Assembly (NCBI GenBank): GCA_002792635.1
Contig: PFOR01000012.1
Coordinates: forward strand, 24,475-88,474
Source of the DNA: Candidatus Pacearchaeota archaeon CG_4_10_14_0_2_um_filter_35_33
GTDB lineage: Archaea; Nanobdellota; Nanobdellia; Pacearchaeales; GW2011-AR1
Length of the DNA: 64,000 nt
Direction: 5' to 3'
Position 1 is the first letter of the stretch. Every line of letters begins with the position of its first letter. This document shows positions 17,976 to 27,230 of this stretch, in pieces. The notes under the pieces were generated by a model. That model was not told where the DNA came from and searched no databases. It saw only the letters and a list, made by a program, of their open reading frames with translations. The position numbers and the translations under genes are program-made.

Positions 17976-18275
17976 ATGGAGATAGATCCAAAGACAGGTT
18001 TACCTGTTGAAGCTATTGCTTGGGAAGATCTCGCCAAAAGCGAGCAGAAGATAAAGGTGTCGTTAGATACCCGAAGATATGGGAAGAAGATTACCATTGT
18101 TTCGGGATTTGACAAGGGAATCGACATCAAGGCAACTGCCAAACAACTTAAGGCAGAGTTGGCTTGTGGAGGAACTGTTAAGGACGGTAACATCGAACTT
18201 CAAGGAGATCACAGAAAGAAAGTGAGAGAAGTCCTTGTTAAGGTGGGCTTCGACGAAGATTCGATATCTGAATAG
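17976..18275 (+). CDS. sui1: translation initiation factor aIF1/SUI1
   Basis: RRYGK, LACGGTVK, IELQGDHR. Confidence 0.97.
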   Translation: MEIDPKTGLPVEAIAWEDLAKSEQKIKVSLDTRRYGKKITIVSGFDKGIDIKATAKQLKAELACGGTVKDGNIELQGDHRKKVREVLVKVGFDEDSISE

Positions 18276-18308
18276 CAATAGTTAGACAGGAAAAGAGGAG
18301 AATAGAAG

Positions 18309-18617
18309 ATGGAAAAGAAAAAGAAATCTACAGTGAGGAAAGAAAAAAAGATAGTTGGAACCTTATCATCTAGAGGAAGAACCTTCCGGGGAATTGTTGT
18401 GAAGAAATTCCCTCATAGGGTTGTTGTTGAATTAGAAAGAACTGTTAAGGAAAAGAAATATGAGAGGCTTTCAAAGAAGAAAACAAGATTGCATGCTAGA
18501 CTTCCTGCTGAGATGAAAGTTAAAGAGGGGGATGCTGTTAGAGTTAGGGAAACAAGGCCATTGAGCAAGATTGTACATTTTATAGTTATAGAAGTATTGG
18601 GGGGAAAAGAAGAATGA
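18309..18617 (+). CDS. rps17: 30S ribosomal protein uS17 (lacks N-terminal Cys/Zn motif)
   Basis: RGRTFRGIV, KYER, ETRPLSK. Confidence 0.95.
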   Translation: MEKKKKSTVRKEKKIVGTLSSRGRTFRGIVVKKFPHRVVVELERTVKEKKYERLSKKKTRLHARLPAEMKVKEGDAVRVRETRPLSKIVHFIVIEVLGGKEE

Positions 18618-19015
18618 AAGCAGTAAGTGCGAGACCTACAAGAGGATTGAACATTGGAAGTTTAGTAATTGCTAGTGATAATAGTGGGGCAAGAATTGTT
18701 AAGATAGTTAGCGTTAAGAGAGGAAAAACAAGAAAAGGAAGAATACAATATGCGAAAGTTGCAGATATGGTTAAGGTTTCTGTAAGAAAAGGAAATCCAA
18801 AGATGAAGGGAGAGGTATTTGAGGCTATTGTAATAAGACAAAAGAAACCATACAGAAGAAAAACTGGAGAAAGAGTTATGTTTGAAGATAACGCTGTCGC
18901 TTTGTTGAAAGACAATAAAGGAAATCCTAAGGGAACACAAGTGAAGGGGGCTGTAGCGAGAGAAGTATTTGAAAGGTGGGGTGCAGTTGCAAAAATTGCA
19001 CAATTCGTACTATGA
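18614..19015 (+). CDS. rpl14: 50S ribosomal protein uL14
   Basis: SDNSGAR, FEDNA, PKGT. Confidence 0.98.
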   Translation: MKAVSARPTRGLNIGSLVIASDNSGARIVKIVSVKRGKTRKGRIQYAKVADMVKVSVRKGNPKMKGEVFEAIVIRQKKPYRRKTGERVMFEDNAVALLKDNKGNPKGTQVKGAVAREVFERWGAVAKIAQFVL

Positions 19016-19488
19016 AATCAAAATTTTCGACTAAATGGACGGCTAGTAAGCAGCCGAGAAAGCAAAGAAAGTATAAATATAATGCTCCGTTGCATTTGAG
19101 ACATAGGTTTTTAAATGCCCATTTGTCATTGGAATTGAGAAAAAAGTATGGCAAGAGGAGTTTTCCCGTGAGGAAAGGGGATGAGGTGCTTGTCATGCGT
19201 GGAAAATTTAAGAAAAAGAAAGCAAAAATTACGGAAGTCAATTTAAAGAAAGAAAGAATTGTTCTTGAAAATGTTAACAGAGAGAAGAAAGATGGAAACA
19301 AAGTAGCAGTTTACTTTCATCCGAGCAACTTAGTAATTGAAAGTCTTAACTTAGACGATAAAGAAAGGTTAAAGCTTCTAAAAGAAAAGCCTATTGAAAA
19401 GAAATCAGGAAAGCATGTTGAGAAAGAAGCAAAGAACGAGGATAAAAACAAGGAGAAGGAAAATGTACCTAACAAGATCAAAAGTTAA
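19012..19488 (+). CDS. rpl24: 50S ribosomal protein uL24
   Basis: SKQPRKQRK, RKGDEVLVMRG, HPSNL; ATG 19012. Confidence 0.96.
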   Translation: MKSKFSTKWTASKQPRKQRKYKYNAPLHLRHRFLNAHLSLELRKKYGKRSFPVRKGDEVLVMRGKFKKKKAKITEVNLKKERIVLENVNREKKDGNKVAVYFHPSNLVIESLNLDDKERLKLLKEKPIEKKSGKHVEKEAKNEDKNKEKENVPNKIKS

Positions 19489-20080
19489 TAAGAAAGTGCC
19501 AATTCCAAGAACTGGAACAAAATACGTAGCTAAAGCTTTAAGCCACTCAAATCAAGGAATTCCTGTTGTTGTTGCAGTTAGAGATTTGCTTGGTTTGGCT
19601 AAGACTTCAAGAGAAGTTAAGCTAATGGTCAAGGCCAAGAAAATAAAATTGAATGGTAAGGTTGTGAAGGATATAAGAGAAGGTGTTAGGATATTTAATT
19701 TATTAGAAGTTGGGAAGGTTTACAAGTTAATCGCCACGACGTCAGGCAGGATTGCATTTGAAGAGACTAAGGATAAGGAAAGAGTTACCAAAATAATAGG
19801 GAAAAAAATATTGAAGAATGGTAAGATTCAGATGAATTTACATGATGGAACTAATGTTTTGACCAAAGATAATGTAAATGTAGGGGATAGTGTTTACTTA
19901 GATTCGGAAAATAAAGTGGCTAAAAATGTGAAAATGGAAAAGGGAAAGGAAGTGTTTATAATTTCTGGCAGGAGTGTTGGGAACATAGGTAAAATAAAAG
20001 AGGTTAGTGAAAAAAAGATACATGTTCAATTGGAGGAAAGGGAAGTTGACTTAGACAAGTCCCATATAATAGTACTATGA
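19463..20080 (+). CDS. rps4e: 30S ribosomal protein eS4
   Basis: RDLLGLAKTSRE, QMNLHDGTN; ATG 19463. Confidence 0.93.
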   Translation: MYLTRSKVNKKVPIPRTGTKYVAKALSHSNQGIPVVVAVRDLLGLAKTSREVKLMVKAKKIKLNGKVVKDIREGVRIFNLLEVGKVYKLIATTSGRIAFEETKDKERVTKIIGKKILKNGKIQMNLHDGTNVLTKDNVNVGDSVYLDSENKVAKNVKMEKGKEVFIISGRSVGNIGKIKEVSEKKIHVQLEEREVDLDKSHIIVL

Positions 20081-20607
20081 AATCGGAAATCAAAACGGCA
20101 GTAGAAAATAAGATGAGACAAATAAAGATTGTGAAAGTTGTATTGAGTGCTGGAGCGACAGGTACTGATTTAGAGAAGGCCGCCAAGCTGTTAGAATTAA
20201 TAAGTGGAAAGAAAGCGCAAATAATCAAATCAGGACCAAAGAGAAGAATTCCCGCGTTTAATGTTAAGCCTAATATGCCTTTAGGAACTAGTGTAACCAT
20301 TCGTGGTAAGAGCGCTAATGAAATATTAAAGAAAACTCTTGGTGGAATAAGTAACACCCTTGATGATGATCAGGTAGCAAAGAATGGATTTTCATTTGGA
20401 ATAAAAGAATACATAGAGATGCCTGGGATGGAATACCAAAGAGAAATTGGAATAAGAGGGTTCAATGTTACTGTCGTATTTGAAAGGGCAGGGGCAAGGG
20501 TAAAGAAGAAGAAAATAAAAAGAGGTAAATGTCCGATTAGGCAGCAGGTTCAGAAAGAGGAAATAATTAAATTCATGGAGGAAAACTTCCAGACGAAGTT
20601 TTTGTAA
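20077..20607 (+). CDS. rpl5: 50S ribosomal protein uL5
   Basis: [26 protein letters not shown]. Confidence 0.97.
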   Translation: MKSEIKTAVENKMRQIKIVKVVLSAGATGTDLEKAAKLLELISGKKAQIIKSGPKRRIPAFNVKPNMPLGTSVTIRGKSANEILKKTLGGISNTLDDDQVAKNGFSFGIKEYIEMPGMEYQREIGIRGFNVTVVFERAGARVKKKKIKRGKCPIRQQVQKEEIIKFMEENFQTKFL

Positions 20608-20608
20608 A

Positions 20609-20839
20609 ATGACTGCAAGTGATTGGAATAAAATATTGAAACAGCTTAAGAAAAAGCCTGAGAAGAGAAAAAAATTCCTGAAACATAATAAGCCTAAGGC
20701 CAGAACAACAGGAATAGCTAAACAGAAGTGTGAGAAGTGCGGAAGGTTTGGGGGGCATTTAAGCCAATACAATATTAATTTGTGTAGACATTGCTTTAGA
20801 GAAATAGCGGAGGAAATGGGTTTCAAAAAATATAGTTAA
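20609..20839 (+). CDS. rps14: 30S ribosomal protein uS14 (Zn-binding)
   Basis: [25 protein letters not shown]. Confidence 0.97.
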   Translation: MTASDWNKILKQLKKKPEKRKKFLKHNKPKARTTGIAKQKCEKCGRFGGHLSQYNINLCRHCFREIAEEMGFKKYS

Positions 20840-20840
20840 G

Positions 20841-21215
20841 ATGGCGCAAGACATAGTATCAGATGCATTGAATCAAATGATGAATGCCAAAAAGGCAGGA
20901 AAGGAAAGCGTAGAGCTAAAGAGACATTCGAAGGTTTTGCTTTCTATTTTAGCAATTGGAAAACTTAGAGGTTATATAAAGGGTTATTCTGTTAAGGATA
21001 ATTCGGTTTCTGTTGAGTTTGGTCGCCTAAACTTTTGTAAATCTGTAAAACCAAGGTATCTTGTAAAGGCGAGGGATATAGAGAAATATGTCAGAAGATA
21101 TCTTCCTGCTAGAGGAATGGGTGTAATCCTTGTTTCAACAAGCCAGGGACTTATGACTCATCAAACGGCACAGGAAAAGAATTTAGGAGGGAGCATTATT
21201 GCTTATTTCTACTAA
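20841..21215 (+). CDS. rps8: 30S ribosomal protein uS8
   Basis: YLPAR, VSTSQGLMTH..GG. Confidence 0.97.
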   Translation: MAQDIVSDALNQMMNAKKAGKESVELKRHSKVLLSILAIGKLRGYIKGYSVKDNSVSVEFGRLNFCKSVKPRYLVKARDIEKYVRRYLPARGMGVILVSTSQGLMTHQTAQEKNLGGSIIAYFY

Positions 21216-21760
21216 TGAAAAGAAAATTTGAGACATTTATTGAAATCCCTGAAGGGGTAGAATGTTCCTATCAGAATGGGGAATTTGAATGCAAAAAAGG
21301 AGAAAATTTACTTAAGAAAAAGATGAGCCTGTTTGATACGAAAGTTGAAGTAAAAGATGGGAAAATTTCATTCAATATTAAAAAGGCGAACAAGAATAAT
21401 ATAAAGATAATTCGGAGTTGTATTTCTCATCTGAAAAATATATTTTCTGGATTGGAAAAAGACTTTGTATATCGATTAGAAATTTGTTATGTCCACTTCC
21501 CTATGACTGTGAAACTGGAAGGTAATAAACTAGTTATATCTAATTTTTTGGGTGAGAAGAAAAGCAGAACTGTTAAAATTGAGGAGGAGGTCAAAGTAGA
21601 AGTTAAAGGGAAAGATGTTGTTGTTTCAGGAAGAGATTTGGAGAAAGTTGGACAAACAGCTGCTAATATTGAGAATGCGACGAAGGTTTCTGGCAGAGAC
21701 AGACGAATCTTCCAAGACGGAATATTTATTGTCAGTAAGAAGAGGGCAATTGAAGAATGA
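21215..21760 (+). CDS. rpl6: 50S ribosomal protein uL6
   Basis: HFPM, NFLGEK, GQTAANIE, DRRIFQDGI. Confidence 0.97.
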   Translation: MKRKFETFIEIPEGVECSYQNGEFECKKGENLLKKKMSLFDTKVEVKDGKISFNIKKANKNNIKIIRSCISHLKNIFSGLEKDFVYRLEICYVHFPMTVKLEGNKLVISNFLGEKKSRTVKIEEEVKVEVKGKDVVVSGRDLEKVGQTAANIENATKVSGRDRRIFQDGIFIVSKKRAIEE

Positions 21761-22104
21761 AAAAATTTATAAGAAGAGATAGTGGAAGGTTTTCAAAACT
21801 TGGAAAGAAGAGAAAAAAACTTCAGAAATGGAGGGGCGCTAAAGGAAGAGATAATAAGATTAGGGAAAAAAGAAAGGGTTATCCTAAAGCACCGGTTATC
21901 GGTTATAAGAAAAGCAGCAAAAACCAGGGAAAAATTAAGGGCTTAATTCCTGTGCATGTTTCCAACGTTAAGGACTTGGAAAAGGTTGGAAAAAAGAACA
22001 TTATCATAGTTGGGAAAATAGGAGCTAGAAAGAAAATGGAACTATTGAAGAAAATAGATGAAAGAAAACTTGAAATGTATAATGTTAGCGGAGGAAAGAA
22101 ATGA
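21757..22104 (+). CDS. rpl32e: 50S ribosomal protein eL32
   Basis: KFIRRDS..KWRGAKGRDNK..IGY; operon position. Confidence 0.92.
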   Translation: MKKFIRRDSGRFSKLGKKRKKLQKWRGAKGRDNKIREKRKGYPKAPVIGYKKSSKNQGKIKGLIPVHVSNVKDLEKVGKKNIIIVGKIGARKKMELLKKIDERKLEMYNVSGGKK

Positions 22105-22514
22105 AACTCGATAAGAAAAAAGAGTTGGCTGTAAGAACTCTAAAGGTTGGGAAGGCGAGAATTGTGTTTAATATTAATCGGCTTGATGAAATAAAGGAGG
22201 CTATAACCAAACAAGATATAAGAGACTTAGTTTCGTCTGGTGCTATAAAAGTTAATGAAATAAAGGGAAGGAAAACAAAGAGAAAGAGAAAAACTAGGAG
22301 AAGAATTGGAAGTGTTAAAATTAAAGTCAATACAAGAAAGAGAGATTATATGACTATAACTAGGAAGTTGAGGTCTTATCTTTTGGATTTGAAAAAAAGA
22401 AATGCAATTCCTGCTGATGTATACAAACAAATGAGAAAGGAAATAAGATTAAGTTCTTTCAAGAGTCTTGCACAAATGAAAGATAGAATAGCAAAAATAA
22501 GGAGGGAAAATTAA
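22101..22514 (+). CDS. rpl19e: 50S ribosomal protein eL19
   Basis: LAVRTLKVG..EAITKQDIRDLV..RKLRSYL. Confidence 0.93.
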   Translation: MKLDKKKELAVRTLKVGKARIVFNINRLDEIKEAITKQDIRDLVSSGAIKVNEIKGRKTKRKRKTRRRIGSVKIKVNTRKRDYMTITRKLRSYLLDLKKRNAIPADVYKQMRKEIRLSSFKSLAQMKDRIAKIRREN

Positions 22515-22997
22515 ATGAAAAAAATAGGAAGAACCATCAAGAGGAGAAGGAAAGAAGGAAAGACTGATTACAAGGCTAGAATGGGCTTTTTGAAGAGTGG
22601 AAAGGCAAGACTTGTGATAAGAAAGACTAATAAGCATGTTATAGTACAGTTAGTTGAAAGTGATGTTGCGAAAGATAAGGTTATTAAGTCAGTTAGTTCT
22701 AAAAAATTAATTTCATTAGGCTGGCCAAAGGAAAATGTTGGAAGTCTCAAAAGTATCGGAGCATGTTATTTAACAGGTCTTGTTTTTGCGAAAGAAGTTG
22801 GAAACAAAGAAGCAATAGCCGATTTTGGACTTCATAGAAGTGCTCATAGTGGTAGATTGTATGCTGTTTTGAAAGGTGCGATTGAAGGAGGAATGAAGAT
22901 AAAATGTAATGAAAAATTTTTGCCAAATGAAAGTAGGATTAATGCAAATGAAAAGATTAAAAAGGCTATCGAGAAAGTTAAAGGAGAGTTAAAATGA
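22515..22997 (+). CDS. rpl18: 50S ribosomal protein uL18
   Basis: RRRKEGKTDY, RLVIRKTN, CYLTG. Confidence 0.96.
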   Translation: MKKIGRTIKRRRKEGKTDYKARMGFLKSGKARLVIRKTNKHVIVQLVESDVAKDKVIKSVSSKKLISLGWPKENVGSLKSIGACYLTGLVFAKEVGNKEAIADFGLHRSAHSGRLYAVLKGAIEGGMKIKCNEKFLPNESRINANEKIKKAIEKVKGELK

Positions 22998-23052
22998 TTA
23001 TAAATAAAATTTATGGAATTTTGATAGAGCGAAGATTTTCGCGGGAGCAAAA

Positions 23053-23913
23053 ATGATGGCAAAAGAAGAAACAGTGAACGAACCTAAGGATCTTGTAGAG
23101 CCAACTCCTGAAGAAATGAAAAAAATGGAAAAAGAAGAAAAGACAGCAGAGAAAATGATTGAAAAAGTTGAAGAGAAAGAAGATGAGAAAATGGTCAAGG
23201 AGGCTGAAGAAGAGCCTAAGAAGAAGACTTTTGCAGAAATAAGAAAAGAAAGAGAGAAAAAGGAACAAGAAGAAAAGTTGGTTTCATGGGTTCCAAAAAC
23301 TCAGATTGGTAAAGATGTAAAGGCTGGGAAAGAAAAAGACATTGATGAAATATTAGATGGGAGAAAGAGAATACTTGAACCAGAGATTGTTGATACTCTT
23401 TTGAAACTAGAAACTGATTTGGTATTAATTGGACAAGCTAAGGGAAAGTTTGGTGGAGGAAAAAGAAGGGCTTGGAGACAAACCCAGAAAAAAACCAAAG
23501 AAGGAAATATTTTGACATTTTCTGCTATGGCTATTGTGGGAGATAAGAAAGGGCATGTTGGCGTTGGATATGGTAAGGCGAAGGAAACCCTTCCTGCAAG
23601 AGAAAAATCCTTGAGGACTGCAAAATTAAATCTGATTAGGGTCCGAAGAGGTTGTGCACATTTTGATTGTTCTTGTGACGAGCCACATACAGTCCCTTAT
23701 GAAGTTAACGGAAAATCGGGAAGTGTTAAGATTAGGTTAACACCCGCACCCCAGGGAACAGGTCTTGTTGTTGGAGATGAAGTTAAGAAAGTTTTGAAAC
23801 TCGCTGGAATAAAAGATGTTTATGGGACTACTAAGGGGCATGTCAGAACAACATTTAATTTGGTTAAAGCAACAATTAATGCACTAACTAAAACAACAAA
23901 ACTGGAGAAATAA
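23053..23913 (+). CDS. rps5: 30S ribosomal protein uS5 with long acidic N-terminal extension
   Basis: WVPKT, EPEIVD, PAPQGTGLV, LAGIKDV. Confidence 0.97.
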   Translation: MMAKEETVNEPKDLVEPTPEEMKKMEKEEKTAEKMIEKVEEKEDEKMVKEAEEEPKKKTFAEIRKEREKKEQEEKLVSWVPKTQIGKDVKAGKEKDIDEILDGRKRILEPEIVDTLLKLETDLVLIGQAKGKFGGGKRRAWRQTQKKTKEGNILTFSAMAIVGDKKGHVGVGYGKAKETLPAREKSLRTAKLNLIRVRRGCAHFDCSCDEPHTVPYEVNGKSGSVKIRLTPAPQGTGLVVGDEVKKVLKLAGIKDVYGTTKGHVRTTFNLVKATINALTKTTKLEK

Positions 23914-23914
23914 A

Positions 23915-24325
23915 ATGTTATTGGTAATAAGAATAAAGGGTTTGGTGAATGTGTCTAAGAAGTTGGAGGAGGCTTTGTTTAGATTGAGACTTAGAAGAAA
24001 GTATTCTGCAATACTTTTGGAAGACAATACTGAAAATAGAAAGATTTTGAACTTTATCAGAAATTACGTCAGTTACGGTCCTATTAAAAAAGAAATGATT
24101 GAAAAACTGATTAAGGAAAGAGGTGTTTCTAAAAAAGGAAAGATAGATGCTAAAAAAGTTGTTGAAGGGCTTGAAAGAAAAAATCTTGATGAGCTGGGAT
24201 TGAAGCCTTTCTTTAGGTTGCATCCGCCAAGGGGGGGAATTGAAAGTAAGAAGCATGCTGGAGTTGGCAAGGGTGTGTTGGGAGAAAATAAGAAAATAAA
24301 CGAATTATTGGGGAGGATGCTATGA
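23915..24325 (+). CDS. rpl30: 50S ribosomal protein uL30
   Basis: VIRIKG, FRLHPPRGG, INELLGRM. Confidence 0.96.
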   Translation: MLLVIRIKGLVNVSKKLEEALFRLRLRRKYSAILLEDNTENRKILNFIRNYVSYGPIKKEMIEKLIKERGVSKKGKIDAKKVVEGLERKNLDELGLKPFFRLHPPRGGIESKKHAGVGKGVLGENKKINELLGRML

Positions 24326-24537
24326 AACCTGGAAATTTAATGTGGGAATGTGATTCGTGTGGGAAGATTGAATATGGTGGTAATCCTCCTGAGGAATGTG
24401 AAGAATGCTGGAAGATGAATAGTTTTGTTCAGGTTGATGAAGATGAATTGGATATTAAAAGAGAAGCAAATATCGTTGAAAAAATTAAAATTGACTTTGA
24501 CAAGGAGGATGAAGATGCAGATGAAGAAGAGGACTAA
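24322..24537 (+). CDS. rubredoxin-like CxxC/CxxC small protein with acidic tail
   Basis: WECDSCG..GGNPPEECEEC..SF; ATGA overlap with rpl30; GGAGG SD. Confidence 0.75.
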   Translation: MKPGNLMWECDSCGKIEYGGNPPEECEECWKMNSFVQVDEDELDIKREANIVEKIKIDFDKEDEDADEEED

Positions 24538-24967
24538 GAGAAGCAGATATCGGGGAACTCACACTCATAAAAGGGGCGCAAAAAAGAAAGCGAGAGGAAA
24601 AGGACATAGAGGAGGCGTTGGTAAATCTGGAAGTGGAAAAAGGGCTGATCAAAAAAAGAACTTGAAAAAGGATAAAGGTAAGGGATATTTTGGTAATGTG
24701 ATTAGAAAAGGTGGAAGGAGAGCAAATAAAATTGAGATAGTAGACTTAGGGAAGATAAAAGATTTTGCAAAATATGGTAAAAAATCTGGAGATTCGTGGA
24801 AATTGAATTTGGAAGGGAAGAAAGTGTTGTGTACCGGAGAATTAAAGGGCAAATTTATTATTAATTCTAAATCTGCGTCTAAAGGTGCTGTTGAAAAAAT
24901 AAAAAAGACTGGTGGAAGCATAGCCTTAAGTGATGACAAGGATTCAGAAAGTAAAGAAAAAGAGTAA
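24521..24967 (+). CDS. rpl15: 50S ribosomal protein uL15
   Basis: RGTHTH..RGKGHRGGVG..YFG..KVL..SKGAVEKI; ATG 24521. Confidence 0.93.
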   Translation: MKKRTKRSRYRGTHTHKRGAKKKARGKGHRGGVGKSGSGKRADQKKNLKKDKGKGYFGNVIRKGGRRANKIEIVDLGKIKDFAKYGKKSGDSWKLNLEGKKVLCTGELKGKFIINSKSASKGAVEKIKKTGGSIALSDDKDSESKEKE

Positions 24968-24998
24968 GTGTTAAAAAGCTCTTTTTTGTAAGAAAAAT

Positions 24999-26396
24999 AT
25001 GGTGTTGAAAACAATAATCCAATATATTCCAGAGGTTAGAAAGCCTTCTGAGAAAAAAGTTAGTTTTAATACAAAGCTGAAGTGGACATTAATTATCTTG
25101 GGTGCATTTTTTGTTCTTGCTAATATTCAGTTATATGGGTTGTCTGCAAATGCATTAGGAAGGTTTGAATATTTAGCAATAATTCTTGGGACTGATTTCG
25201 GCTCAGTTATAAGTCTGGGCATCGGACCAATCGTTATGTCCTCTATTATTCTTCAGCTGTTGGTTGGAGCAGGTATTTTGAATATAGATACGAAGACTGA
25301 TGAAGGGAAAAGGTATTTCCAAGGAATCCAGAAAATAGGAGTTTTGTTCTTTATAGTCTTTGAGGCAATAATTTATGTCGTTATGAGAGGGTTAGAAGCT
25401 GCTCCGGGCTATAGCGGAATAGTGATTACTCAACTTATTCTGGGAGGTTTAGCTATTATGTATATGGATGAAGTTAGTCAGAAATGGGGATTTGGTTCTG
25501 GAGTTTCCCTGTTCATTGTTGCTGGAGTTGCATGGAGATTATTCACCGGACTGTTCCAGTTTATTGGTACGCAGGGTCAGAATTGTTTAGTTGATTTTAC
25601 GGGAACAAGTTATACGCCTTGTACTGGAAGAGTATTTGTTATAATTCAATCTATAATTAATGGGGCTCCGACGGAAGCAGTAGTTGCTTTAGCAACAATA
25701 ATAGCAACTGCCGTTATCTTTGTGGGAGTTGTTTGGGCTCAAAGTTTGAAAGTTGAAGTTCCTTTGACATATGATAGATTAAGAGGTTATGGTGTTAAAT
25801 GGCCTCTGGCGTTCTTCTACACATCTGTTCTTCCCGTTATTTTAGTATCTGCTTTGATTGCTAATATTCAACTGTTTGCGAGTTTGTTAGAAAATTGGTT
25901 TGGTCGTGCAACAATACTTGGAGGTTTCTCTAGTTCTGGCCAGGCAATCTCTGGATTTTCGTATTGGGTAGGTTCATCTAATTTGCTTGAACTAATATTA
26001 AGACAAAGTACCACATTTTCTGCTATATTGCAAGGCATTACACATTTGATTACATATATGTTTTTGTCGATGGTTTTTGCAATATTCTGGATGAAAACGT
26101 CTAACATGGATGCTGGAAGCCAAGCAAAGAACATAATTTCTTCTGGATTGCAAATACCTGGGTTTAGAAAAGACGAAAGGGTTTTGGAAAGTATTTTAAG
26201 CAGATACATAATGCCCCTTACAGTTATGGGTGGACTGGCTATTGGAGCGTTAGCAGCCGTTGCCAATTCATTGGGTGCATTAACATCCGGGACTGCTATT
26301 CTGTTAGCTGTTATGATTACATACCAGATGTATCAGAATATCGCTCAACAGCATGCATTAGACATGCATCCGGCTTTAAGGAAGATAATGGCTTAA
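24999..26396 (+). CDS. secY: protein translocase subunit SecY
   Basis: LGIGPIV, KWGFGSGVSLFI, QIPGFR, GTAILLAV. Confidence 0.98.
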   Translation: MVLKTIIQYIPEVRKPSEKKVSFNTKLKWTLIILGAFFVLANIQLYGLSANALGRFEYLAIILGTDFGSVISLGIGPIVMSSIILQLLVGAGILNIDTKTDEGKRYFQGIQKIGVLFFIVFEAIIYVVMRGLEAAPGYSGIVITQLILGGLAIMYMDEVSQKWGFGSGVSLFIVAGVAWRLFTGLFQFIGTQGQNCLVDFTGTSYTPCTGRVFVIIQSIINGAPTEAVVALATIIATAVIFVGVVWAQSLKVEVPLTYDRLRGYGVKWPLAFFYTSVLPVILVSALIANIQLFASLLENWFGRATILGGFSSSGQAISGFSYWVGSSNLLELILRQSTTFSAILQGITHLITYMFLSMVFAIFWMKTSNMDAGSQAKNIISSGLQIPGFRKDERVLESILSRYIMPLTVMGGLAIGALAAVANSLGALTSGTAILLAVMITYQMYQNIAQQHALDMHPALRKIMA

Positions 26397-26426
26397 CTTT
26401 AAATATATAGTATTGTTTTCTAGAAA

Positions 26427-26828
26427 ATGATAATAGAATTTATTCAAGCGAATCCTAAGGCGGGTATAATTGGCCTTGCAGTTTTAATTAGCTTATTTAT
26501 TAGTTTGATTAATTTTTTTGTCTTGGACAAGGATAAGATGAGGGCCAGCAAGAAGAGACAGAAAGAAATCCAGGCAGAAATGAAGAAACATAAAGATGAT
26601 CCTGCGAAGGTGATGGAGATGCAGAAAGAATTAATGACTCATGTTGGAGACACTTTCAAGCACTCATTTAAACCTATGTTAATCACTATTATACCTATCC
26701 TTATTATATTTGGGTGGATAAGAGGTGTTTTTGCAGAGACTACTATTTCATCTACTTGGTTTTGGTGGTATCTTGGAGGTGCAATTATTTCTAGCATAAT
26801 TTTTAGGAAACTTTTTAAACTGCCCTAA
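26427..26828 (+). CDS. DUF106 / EMC3-TMCO1 (Oxa1 superfamily) membrane insertase
   Basis: TM-coiled coil-FKPMLIT..WFWWY; canonical position after secY. Confidence 0.9.
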   Translation: MIIEFIQANPKAGIIGLAVLISLFISLINFFVLDKDKMRASKKRQKEIQAEMKKHKDDPAKVMEMQKELMTHVGDTFKHSFKPMLITIIPILIIFGWIRGVFAETTISSTWFWWYLGGAIISSIIFRKLFKLP

Positions 26829-26840
26829 TCCTTTCTTCTT

Positions 26841-27230
26841 ATGAATCAGGCCATGATAATGGAACTTCAGGAAAAATATTCCATCTCTAATCAGTTAGAA
26901 GAGCAATTTAATCTTATTAGTCAGCAGGTCAATGAGTTAGAAGATTTTGGGGTCCATCTTAGTGAGTTGGATTCAAGTAATGAAAATGAAATTTTAGCGT
27001 CGTTAGGAAAGGGGGTATATATTCCCTCAACCATAAAAGAGAAGGAATTGTATGTTAATGTTGGTTCAGGAATATTTGTTAAGAAAAAACCTGGTGAGGC
27101 GAAGAAAGTTGTTGAAGGACAATTAAAAGAGTTGGCTAAAGCAAGAGAAGAATTGGCAGAAAGAATTGAAGGTTTGAATGAAGAAATGAGAGAGTTAATG
27201 CAGAAGTTGGAAACTGAGAAGGCTAAATAA
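26841..27230 (+). CDS. pfdA: prefoldin alpha subunit
   Basis: Coiled coils flanking ILASLGKGVYI..LYVNVGSGIFVKK. Confidence 0.93.
   Translation: MNQAMIMELQEKYSISNQLEEQFNLISQQVNELEDFGVHLSELDSSNENEILASLGKGVYIPSTIKEKELYVNVGSGIFVKKKPGEAKKVVEGQLKELAKAREELAERIEGLNEEMRELMQKLETEKAK

Noticed and set aside
22998-23047. TATA-like TTATAAAT and GCGAA/TTCGC hairpin before rps5
   Set aside because: A 5-bp stem and an AT-rich box are within chance expectation; a plausible internal promoter but unsupported.
13403-26266. Many minus-strand ORFs inside the ribosomal operon
   Set aside because: Phe/Leu/Ser-rich antisense shadows of purine-rich coding strands, with no motifs.
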